Below, one piece after another: positions 10,121 through 18,077 of a DNA stretch of 64,000 nucleotides (the stretch's first letter is position 1; each line of letters starts with the position of its first letter). The notes beneath the pieces were generated by a model. The model was not told where the DNA came from. It saw only the letters and a list, made by a program, of their open reading frames with translations, and made no database searches. Location: positions 40,005 through 104,004 of the forward strand of contig JADZEY010000108.1 of the NCBI GenBank assembly GCA_020850315.1. Direction: 5' to 3'. A program made the translations under genes and the position numbers. This DNA is from Armatimonadota bacterium (GTDB lineage: Bacteria > Bacteroidota > Ignavibacteria > OLB7).

Positions 10121-10223
10121 AGATTCAGGGGTGTGAGCATCGGGTGATAAAATAGAGTTCCGCTCGGGAACGTCAATCCTGCTACACTCGCCAAGTTTTT
10201 TGTTCCCCAACCAAACCTATGCC

Positions 10224-10493
10224 ATGACAAAAAAAACGATTGCTTATGTTCTGATCCTGATAGCCGTTGGCATCGGGATGTACTGGTATGCTTCCGGGGC
10301 AAGCATCTACACGCTAACATCGGTTCCGGTTGAGGTGACAGATGAACTGTTCGGCACCACCGAAACTCATTGGGAAGATGGATTCCGCCCCGGGCTTGAG
10401 CTTGCCGGGCCAGCAATGGGGGGATTGATTCTGGTGGCTGGCGTACTGCTGTGGCTTGCACGGCGCGACGGTAGAGCGGCGAAACCAGAGTAG
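10224..10493 (+). CDS. Small two-TM membrane protein
   Basis: MTKKTIAYVLILIAVGIGMYW and AMGGLILVAGVLLWLA hydrophobic helices flanking a short soluble loop. Confidence 0.7.
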   Translation: MTKKTIAYVLILIAVGIGMYWYASGASIYTLTSVPVEVTDELFGTTETHWEDGFRPGLELAGPAMGGLILVAGVLLWLARRDGRAAKPE

Positions 10494-10616
10494 GGTCTTG
10501 AAAAGAAATTTGCGGTGCTGAAGTGGTGGATGATAGTGGAACATGGCACCGTATCAAGGCGTTTCGCTAGTTAGACTACAACTTTCTCCTATCGTATGTT
10601 AGGCTCTATCCGCTTA

Positions 10617-10771
10617 ACTGACCTTACGCACAACCATGCTGGATCTTGGTAATTGCGGTACTTGGGTATTCCACCGGAACACACCCTCCGCTCATGCTGA
10701 GTCCCGTCGAAGTATGAGTGGAGCCACTGAACAAGCAACTGCTCACTCTTCAAATTCTGCGTAAGGTCAGT
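10617..10771. mobile_element. 155-bp MITE, copy 1
   Basis: Perfect 14-bp TIR ACTGACCTTACGCA...TGCGTAAGGTCAGT; 5-bp direct repeat GCTTA at 10612-10616 and 10772-10776; colinear second copy at 42196-42350. Confidence 0.85.
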
Positions 10772-10786
10772 GCTTAACACACAGCT

Positions 10787-11512
10787 ATGCGCCTTAAAGA
10801 CTTCTTCCGTTGGTTTCTATGGGAAGGGATTAACCCTTTGCTTCTAAGCATTCGATCGCAGCAACAATCGTTTGATAATAATTTTGCTGGATTGAATATC
10901 GGCTGTGGTTTAGATAACCCTACAAAATGGCTTGGAATTGATGGCGGGGCATATGTCCTACTAAAAAAAATACCACGCCCATTTATTAAAGTATTCTACC
11001 GATTTACGAATAGTTCACGGAATCATTCCTTGGACTCAATGCTCGAAAAAATATATGGTAGCCATATACTCCATTATGAAATTACACGTGGCCTTCCTTT
11101 TCCCGATACTACAGTCCCAGCCATATTTTCTTCCCATTTTTTTGAACACATTACTAAAACCGAGGCACAAGCGTTAGTACAGGAATGCTACCGGGTAATG
11201 AAGCCTGGCGGCATTATTCGGATTTGTGTGCCATCGTTGGAAGAATCGGTTAAAAAAATTGAAATGGCTGTGGAGCAATATCGCTCCGGTAATATTGCCC
11301 CAATTCAGAAATTTGTGACGTACGATGTCAGTGGTTTTAATAATAACTACAGCAATCATCGGCATATGTATAATTTTCTGGAAATGAAGCAATTATTAGA
11401 GGGCGCAGGTTTCCAGAATATCACAGAATATGCTTTTGGCAAGGGAAATATTGCTAATGTTGGACAGCTAGATACCCGCGAGGGGCTGTTTGTCGAGGCC
11501 GTAAAAAAATAA
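10787..11512 (+). CDS. Class I SAM-dependent methyltransferase (Methyltransf_11-like)
   Basis: LNIGCG motif I, LPFPD...SSHFFEHI, YRVMKPGGIIRICVP; visibly AT-richer than its neighbours. Confidence 0.85.
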   Translation: MRLKDFFRWFLWEGINPLLLSIRSQQQSFDNNFAGLNIGCGLDNPTKWLGIDGGAYVLLKKIPRPFIKVFYRFTNSSRNHSLDSMLEKIYGSHILHYEITRGLPFPDTTVPAIFSSHFFEHITKTEAQALVQECYRVMKPGGIIRICVPSLEESVKKIEMAVEQYRSGNIAPIQKFVTYDVSGFNNNYSNHRHMYNFLEMKQLLEGAGFQNITEYAFGKGNIANVGQLDTREGLFVEAVKK

Positions 11513-11530
11513 CCGTGGTAATCATTCGCG

Positions 11531-12883
11531 ATGGAAACTATGCACCTATCAGTGGCATGGCTGGCAGCCTTCGTTTGCTGCCTAATGGTCATCGGTTGTG
11601 GCGGCACTACGCTGGCAACGCGCAACGTTAGCCTTAGCTACGACATGGCCACCAACACCGTGCAAGCCGCTTCAACGGAAGCCGCAAAGGCTGGCGATAT
11701 GGTTTCGTTCGAGGTGAAGAACGTGAACCCGTTTTTATACGAAGTGAGCATCAATAACCAGACGATTTCCCGCAGCACGCCGCTGCGCCGTTTGGGACGG
11801 TTCGCGCTGCCAGCGCCAGCAATCAGCGACACAGCGCGGCAATCCACACCCGTGACGGCAGATATTGCTGGGTCCACTAATCGGCTGCCAATCAATCGCT
11901 TCCGCACCAACCACACGCTGTTCCGCAACCGATTTACCACCTTTCTTGCGTTCCTCAGTTTCGATGATTATTTGCTCTCCCTGCTTCGCCAACCCTTCCC
12001 GCAGGAGGATCTGCTGAAGCGGAGCATCACCACACGGCTGAACGATCTGGTGGGAACGGGCCCACTGTATACCCGCGCCGATTTTGTCCGAAAAGGGGAT
12101 GAATTGTTCGAGGCAGTGACCAAATCATTCAACGACCTGATGAGTGAGTATCAGTTCCTTGATACCCTTGCAAAGCGGGAGCTACGCCAGCCAATGTTCG
12201 ATGCCCGCTCCACGTACGAAGTAATCTCCGGCGACAAAGGGGAATGGAGCCGGCATATTGAAGCTACTGCCGATCTCTACGAGCTTATTCAGAACACGCC
12301 GTTCACCTTCTCGTCGTTCAAAACACAGGTAGCTATTGGCGATGAAGCAATGGCGTTCCGGGTGGAAGGCAAACGCAAAGAAGAAGCGGATCAGATACCG
12401 AACGGAATCACCCAACCATTTATGCTGCAATATCAAATGCCAGTGCAAGGCGGTGGATTTCGGTTGGGGGTTGGCGCGGGATTGTTTGCCAGCAGCTTGG
12501 CCAACAACAGCTACGGGTTCCGGGATTCGTTAGGCTATCGCTTCATCGTCCAAAACCAACGTGATGTTATCAACTACGGACCCGGCGCGGTGATGCACTT
12601 CCACCACACAACATTCCCGGTTGGCGGGAACGTTGGCGTGATGCTGAACAACGCCTCACGCATCCAATACCTTGCTGGAGCCAGCCTGATGGTTGGCGAC
12701 CGCGGGCAAGTTGGCTTCAACGGCGGGCTGACGTTTGGGACTGTTGCACGCCTTGCCGCCCCCTACGTGGTGGATAAACGGCTTGATGGAAACGATGCAA
12801 AACTCACCGCAGTCCCCACGATTGACCGTCTGGAGCTTGGCTGGTACGGCGGGGTCAGCTACAACTTCAGCACTGGGAAATAA
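11531..12883 (+). CDS. Hypothetical lipoprotein, possible C-terminal beta-barrel
   Basis: Hydrophobic N-terminus with VIGC lipobox-like site; C-terminal alternating Gly/aromatic beta strands ending GGVSYNF. Confidence 0.7.
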   Translation: METMHLSVAWLAAFVCCLMVIGCGGTTLATRNVSLSYDMATNTVQAASTEAAKAGDMVSFEVKNVNPFLYEVSINNQTISRSTPLRRLGRFALPAPAISDTARQSTPVTADIAGSTNRLPINRFRTNHTLFRNRFTTFLAFLSFDDYLLSLLRQPFPQEDLLKRSITTRLNDLVGTGPLYTRADFVRKGDELFEAVTKSFNDLMSEYQFLDTLAKRELRQPMFDARSTYEVISGDKGEWSRHIEATADLYELIQNTPFTFSSFKTQVAIGDEAMAFRVEGKRKEEADQIPNGITQPFMLQYQMPVQGGGFRLGVGAGLFASSLANNSYGFRDSLGYRFIVQNQRDVINYGPGAVMHFHHTTFPVGGNVGVMLNNASRIQYLAGASLMVGDRGQVGFNGGLTFGTVARLAAPYVVDKRLDGNDAKLTAVPTIDRLELGWYGGVSYNFSTGK

Positions 12884-13004
12884 TTCAGGCGAATCTGGAT
12901 GCCGTTTGTTGTGCGTAGATATGGCCGGCACAGCTTGTGCCGGGGCAGCATCGGCGGCACTAACCCGCTGGCTGCTGCGTCAACCAGAACACAATACCGA
13001 TACC

Positions 13005-13709
13005 ATGATCCAGAACGTTTTGCTTCCGCTGATGGCCATATTGCTTCTGGGCTGCGCGCCCAGCAATGCCAGCAATGAAGCATCCATCCAAACCATCCGA
13101 ACCGTAACAACCACAATGAACGACCAGAACGGTAATCCCACCACACCAACCGAGCAAACCCTTGACACTGTAACGTTTGGGTCGGGGTGTTTCTGGTGTG
13201 TTGAGGCGGTGTTCCAACAGCTTGATGGCGTTATCTCCGTCACCAGTGGCTACAGCGGTGGGGATGTTACTAACCCAACCTACAAGCAGGTCTGCGACGG
13301 AACCACCGGCCACGCCGAAGTTTGCCAGATTATCTACGACCCCCAGAAAATCAGCTTCAAGGATCTATTGGAGGTTTTCTGGTCCACCCACGACCCCACA
13401 ACCTTGAACCGCCAGGGAAACGACGTTGGAACGCAGTACCGTTCGGCAATCTTCTATCACAGCGATCAGCAGAAACAGCTGGCCGAAGAGTACAAGAAAA
13501 AGCTGGATGAATCCGGCGCGTTCAAGTCGCCAATCGTGACGGAGATCACACCGTTCGGCAAATTCTACGCTGCCGAGAATTACCACCAGGATTACTACAA
13601 CCTGAACGGCAGTCAACCCTACTGCAACTTCGTTATCAAGCCGAAAGTGGAGAAGTTCAGAAAGGTGTTTGGGGAGAAGCTGAAGAAGGAGAACGCGACG
13701 GCTCCGTAA
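13005..13709 (+). CDS. msrA: Peptide-methionine (S)-S-oxide reductase with lipoprotein signal
   Basis: GSGCFWCVEAVF, GTTGHAEV, QGNDVGTQYRS, AENYHQDYY; start moved to ATG 13005 (LLLGC lipobox). Confidence 0.95.
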   Translation: MIQNVLLPLMAILLLGCAPSNASNEASIQTIRTVTTTMNDQNGNPTTPTEQTLDTVTFGSGCFWCVEAVFQQLDGVISVTSGYSGGDVTNPTYKQVCDGTTGHAEVCQIIYDPQKISFKDLLEVFWSTHDPTTLNRQGNDVGTQYRSAIFYHSDQQKQLAEEYKKKLDESGAFKSPIVTEITPFGKFYAAENYHQDYYNLNGSQPYCNFVIKPKVEKFRKVFGEKLKKENATAP

Positions 13710-13755
13710 TCCCAGCATCGGCAAACGGGCATCGGCAAAACCGCCATTGCAGAAG

Positions 13756-14262
13756 CTATGTTCCCCCAGCATCGGTAAGTTGTTCAACAATTTCCTGGTG
13801 TTGGGGGAATTTTTTTATCAACTCACTTCGCGTTCCCATCTCAAAATCTTGGAAATCAAAGCCGGGTGCCACGGTGCATCCCACCAGTGTGAAGCTATCG
13901 GGCCGATTGAGGTTTGCGCCAAACCAACACCCCGCCGGAATCACCGCCTGCAATTGCTCACCGTTCCCGATAGCATCACCAAGCCGTATCGCCTCGTATT
14001 TTCCCGACGCAAACAACAGATGCAGCGTCAGCGATGACCCCGCATAGAAATGCCAAACCTCATCGGCGCAAAGCCGGTGCAGCCGCGAAATCTGGTTGCC
14101 ACGCAGCAAGAAGTAGATGGCCGTTGAAGCTGCCCGCTGGCCGGTGTACCGGCTGGATGTTGGGCTTACAGTTTCTGCGGATCGGTAGGTTTCGCGGAAG
14201 TACCCTCCTTCGGGATGTGCGGTAAGTTGCAGGTGGGCAATCCAATCTTCGGCAGTGGTCAT
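13756..14262 (-). CDS. Cupin domain protein (DUF985/Cupin_5)
   Basis: HPEGGYFRETYRS, STAIYFLL, DEVWHFYAG and CTVAPGFDF motifs; start ATG 14262. Confidence 0.9.
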   Translation of the reverse strand: MTTAEDWIAHLQLTAHPEGGYFRETYRSAETVSPTSSRYTGQRAASTAIYFLLRGNQISRLHRLCADEVWHFYAGSSLTLHLLFASGKYEAIRLGDAIGNGEQLQAVIPAGCWFGANLNRPDSFTLVGCTVAPGFDFQDFEMGTRSELIKKFPQHQEIVEQLTDAGGT

Positions 14263-14317
14263 GGTGCGGTATCTGTTGATTGTTCTTTCCCAAACGACGC
14301 TCTGCAACTAAGCAATC

Positions 14318-15889
14318 ATGCCACAAGAACGCAAGCCGCAATTCGCAACCGACTCAGGAATTATCATTCCCCCCTACCAAACTGGGCCTGCCGGCACCGA
14401 ACCGCAGGAAGCCCCGGGTGAGTATCCGTTCACTCGCGGGGTCTATCCCACCATGTACCGTTCGCGGCTTTGGACCATGCGGATGTACGCGGGGTTCGGC
14501 ACTGCCGAGGAATCGAACCAGCGGTATCGCTACTTGCTCTCGCAAGGGGTGACGGGGCTGTCGGTTGCGTTCGATTTACCAACCCAAATCGGCTACGATT
14601 CCGATCACACGCTGGCCGAAGGTGAGGTGGGAAAAGTTGGCGTGGCGATTGATTCGCTGGCCGACATCGAGACGTTGTTCGACGGAATCGAACTGCAGAG
14701 CGTCTCCACCTCCATGACCATCAACTCCACTGCCAGCATCCTGCTTGCGTTCTACGTGGCACTGGCAAAACGGCAGGGCGCGGACTTAGCCAAGCTGAGC
14801 GGCACAGTGCAGAACGACATCCTGAAGGAGTACGCAGCGCGCGGAACCTACATCTATCCCCCCGGCCCCTCGATGCGGCTGATTACCGACATGTTCGCGT
14901 GGTGCTCGCGGGAGTTGCCAAGCTGGAACACCATCTCCATCAGCGGCTACCACATCCGCGAGGCCGGCTCCACTGCTGTGCAGGAGGTTGCGTTCACCCT
15001 TGCGAACGCCGTTGCTTACACCCAAGCCGCGGTTGATGCTGGGTTGGATGTTGACCAATTTGCGTCGCGGCTCAGTTTCTTTTTCAACATCCACAACAAT
15101 TTCTTCGAGGAGGTTGCCAAGCTGCGCGCAGCCCGCAGAATGTGGGCACGGATAATGAAGGAGCGGTTCAAGGCAAAGGACCCCCGAAGCATGATGCTCC
15201 GGTTCCACTCGCAAACCGCAGGCTCCACACTAACGGCGCAGCAGGTGGAGAGCAACATCGTGCGGGTGGCATTGCAAGCCGCGGCATCGGTGCTTGGCGG
15301 AACGCAATCGCTGCACACCAACGGCTTTGATGAAGCATTGGGATTGCCGACCGAGAACGCCGCACGCCTTGCGCTGCGGACCCAGCAGGTAATCGGCTAC
15401 GAATCGGGGATGGCTGATTCGGTGGATCCGCTGGCAGGAAGCTATCTGGTGGAATATCTGACCGACCAAGTGGAGCAAAAAGCAACCGAGTACATGGAGC
15501 GAATCGAGGGACTTGGCGGAGCCGTGCAGGCGATTGAGGCAGGATTTATTCAGAACGAGATTGCACGATCGGCCTACGAAGCGCAGTTGCGGGTGGAGCG
15601 TGGGGAAGACGTGGTTGTTGGGGTGAATAAATTTCAGATGGAGGAGCCACCATTTACCGACATTTTACACGTTGACGACGCACTGCGAACAAAACAGATG
15701 GAGCGGTTGCAGCGGATGAAATCATCGCGCAATGCTGCCGATGTCGAGTTGGGATTATCGGCAATTCGCCAATCGGCTACCGACGGAGAAAACCTGATGC
15801 CGAAAATCCTTGCCGCTGTAGAAGCCTACGCCACCCTCGGCGAAATTTCCGACACCTTGCGGAAGGTTTGGGGAGAGTATGAGGAGTAG
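14318..15889 (+). CDS. Methylmalonyl-CoA mutase large (substrate-binding) subunit, no B12-binding domain
   Basis: [65 protein letters not shown]. Confidence 0.93.
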   Translation: MPQERKPQFATDSGIIIPPYQTGPAGTEPQEAPGEYPFTRGVYPTMYRSRLWTMRMYAGFGTAEESNQRYRYLLSQGVTGLSVAFDLPTQIGYDSDHTLAEGEVGKVGVAIDSLADIETLFDGIELQSVSTSMTINSTASILLAFYVALAKRQGADLAKLSGTVQNDILKEYAARGTYIYPPGPSMRLITDMFAWCSRELPSWNTISISGYHIREAGSTAVQEVAFTLANAVAYTQAAVDAGLDVDQFASRLSFFFNIHNNFFEEVAKLRAARRMWARIMKERFKAKDPRSMMLRFHSQTAGSTLTAQQVESNIVRVALQAAASVLGGTQSLHTNGFDEALGLPTENAARLALRTQQVIGYESGMADSVDPLAGSYLVEYLTDQVEQKATEYMERIEGLGGAVQAIEAGFIQNEIARSAYEAQLRVERGEDVVVGVNKFQMEEPPFTDILHVDDALRTKQMERLQRMKSSRNAADVELGLSAIRQSATDGENLMPKILAAVEAYATLGEISDTLRKVWGEYEE

Positions 15890-16029
15890 GAAATAGGAGG
15901 TGAGAAATAGGAAACAAAGGTCCTATTGCCAATGAATTTCCAACTGTTTTGTTGGTGTTTTTTGATTCCTTGCATGGTTGTGCTGGATAACGTTAGTGAA
16001 CATGCCCTACATAAGTATCATTCACATAA

Positions 16030-16070
16030 AAACGAACCGAGGCATTACCCAGTAATGCCTCGGTTCGTTT
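16030..16070. terminator. Bidirectional terminator
   Basis: Perfect 19-bp stem AAACGAACCGAGGCATTAC-CCA-GTAATGCCTCGGTTCGTTT between convergent genes. Confidence 0.8.
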
Positions 16071-16114
16071 AGTTGCTCAGTCGTTATTGATGAGCTGTCG
16101 AAGGGACGATGACC

Positions 16115-16954
16115 TTACATCCCTGCTTCCAGTTCCGGGAAAATTGTTGATTGCTCCTTGATGACGTTCAGCAGGTATCCGGCGCAGCTTGAATGGACTG
16201 GCGTGTGTGCATCGCTGGTTCCGGCTGCATCGCCAATGGTGAACACCGTTACTTTGTGGTGGCTTAGGCGGAAATCAAGCAGTGCGGTCTGAAGGTCGCG
16301 TCCGGCATCGGCAAGCGCGGCAAGTTCTGGTAGTTCGGAGCGGTGGGATCCTAAATAACGATAGGCATCAACCCCGGTTTTGCTGGTTCCTTCCTCGGTT
16401 AACCGTAGCATCAGCGTGCGGAGGTTGTTGCTGCGTGCTTGGTCGTAGATGGCCTGCAGCTCCTGCTGGTACCGCGCCATGAAGTTCACGAACGTTTCGC
16501 CTGCTTGGGCGGCAACAACTTCCCAGTGGAATTGCTCCTTTGCGGAATCATCAGCCGAGGGGACCTGGCGGATTCCCAGAAGAATCTCCATCACCCGGAA
16601 CTGCGACGACTGGAACCCGCTTGCCGGGCGAAGCGCGTCGCGGAATTCGGCATATCCATTCTGGGTCATGGTCATTAACGGGTCGAACCCGGCGTGGGCG
16701 GTGCGGAGTATCACCCCCACACGCTTCAGCAACACAATCCCCTGCTGGATATTTCCCGACTCCAAGGCCGCAATGGCACCTCGTAGCTCGTAGATAGCCA
16801 GCCGGAACCACAGCTCGAAGGTTTGGTGAACCATAATGAACAGCGGTTCATCGTGGGCGGTGGTGCGTGGGGATTGCAGCGAAAGAAGCTGGTCTAGTTG
16901 AATGTAGTCCCAGTAGGTTACGCCGGATGTTGGAGCCGTTTCGGTGTTGCTCAT
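16115..16954 (-). CDS. kynA: Tryptophan 2,3-dioxygenase family heme protein
   Basis: YWDYIQLDQLL, HDEPLFIMVHQTFELW, FRDALRPASGFQS, and a proximal His in FRLSHH; the C-terminal loop is divergent. Confidence 0.85.
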   Translation of the reverse strand: MSNTETAPTSGVTYWDYIQLDQLLSLQSPRTTAHDEPLFIMVHQTFELWFRLAIYELRGAIAALESGNIQQGIVLLKRVGVILRTAHAGFDPLMTMTQNGYAEFRDALRPASGFQSSQFRVMEILLGIRQVPSADDSAKEQFHWEVVAAQAGETFVNFMARYQQELQAIYDQARSNNLRTLMLRLTEEGTSKTGVDAYRYLGSHRSELPELAALADAGRDLQTALLDFRLSHHKVTVFTIGDAAGTSDAHTPVHSSCAGYLLNVIKEQSTIFPELEAGM

Positions 16955-17090
16955 GCTTGTTGTTTGCTGGAATTGGTGATTGTTGCAGAGTTATCGTGGC
17001 CTTGCAGCGCGATCAACATCGGTGATTTTCCCGAGAAGATTGGGCTTGACAAGGATTTTTTTACGGAGAAGAGAAGTTATTGCTTGCAAA

Positions 17091-17108
17091 ACAACATGAA
17101 GATGTTGT
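17091..17108. promoter_or_regulatory. 7-4-7 palindrome, candidate operator
   Basis: ACAACAT-GAAG-ATGTTGT in the kynA/actA divergent region, abutting TAATCTTG (17108-17115), a one-mismatch match to the TAnnTTTG promoter element. Confidence 0.4.
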
Positions 17109-17336
17109 AATCTTGCGCCCCATTCCTACCATCATCAGCGGCAGAGGGCGGGCAACCGCTAAGTTAGGGGCTGATGATCTCAAAAACATGACCTGCGTCA
17201 GGATTCAGAATAACCAGCCTTTGTATAATCGCCCCCGCTAAAAAGCGGGGTGGTTGGTCATTGATCTTGAGCAGGAGAATCTCTGGCTCTGTTCGGTGTT
17301 CAGAACCGTCGCAATCAACAACTGCATGTAGGCACG

Positions 17337-17999
17337 ATGTCGCAGATCTTCCATCGCAGCAGCAACATGATGGCCCGGCTTTCTATCCTTGTCGTGGGTG
17401 GAATAGCTATCGGCGCAGTGTTCTTCCTGTTCGCGTACAACCGTTCGGACTACTTCACAAACGTCCACGTTGCTCGTGAACAACCGGTCCCATTCAGCCA
17501 TGCCCGCCACGTGGGGCAGAACGGCATTGATTGCCGCTACTGCCACACATCGGTCACGGAATCGAACTTCGCTGGGATCCCTCCTACCGAAACCTGCATG
17601 ACCTGCCACTCGCAGGTGCTTCCCGATGCCCCAATGCTTGAGCCGGTTCGCACCAGCTTCCGCAGCGGTAAGCCGTTGGAGTGGACTCGGGTGCATGATC
17701 TTCCCGACTTCGTGTACTTCAACCACAGCATCCACGTTGCCAAAGGGGTCGGCTGCGCGACCTGCCACGGCCAGGTTGATAAGATGCCGTTGCTGTGGAA
17801 AACCAACACCCTTCAGATGGATTGGTGCTTGAACTGCCACCGCAACCCAGAGCAATATCTGCGCCCACGCGAACACGTTTTCGACATGAATTGGAAACTG
17901 CCCGCAGGCGAAGACCAAATTGAAATGGGGAAAAAGTTGGTGAAAGAGTACAATGTGAACGTGCATCAACTGACCAACTGCTCCATCTGCCACCGATAA
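17337..17999 (+). CDS. actA: Alternative complex III subunit A, pentaheme cytochrome c
   Basis: N-terminal TM; five CxxCH motifs (CRYCH, CMTCH, CATCH, CLNCH, CSICH); PDFVYFNHSIH. Confidence 0.93.
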   Translation: MSQIFHRSSNMMARLSILVVGGIAIGAVFFLFAYNRSDYFTNVHVAREQPVPFSHARHVGQNGIDCRYCHTSVTESNFAGIPPTETCMTCHSQVLPDAPMLEPVRTSFRSGKPLEWTRVHDLPDFVYFNHSIHVAKGVGCATCHGQVDKMPLLWKTNTLQMDWCLNCHRNPEQYLRPREHVFDMNWKLPAGEDQIEMGKKLVKEYNVNVHQLTNCSICHR

Positions 18000-18077
18000 C
18001 TGAAGACCGGTTCAACGCATCACAACGGAATTAACCCTGCTGATGCTGACCACGCAAATTTCCAGCAACACCAGCCC

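Noticed and set aside
17238-17993. 251-aa minus-strand ORF, and other long antisense ORFs over aspS, hflX, cox and 39594-42011
   Set aside because: Shadow ORFs typical of GC-rich coding DNA; the opposite strand encodes conserved proteins.
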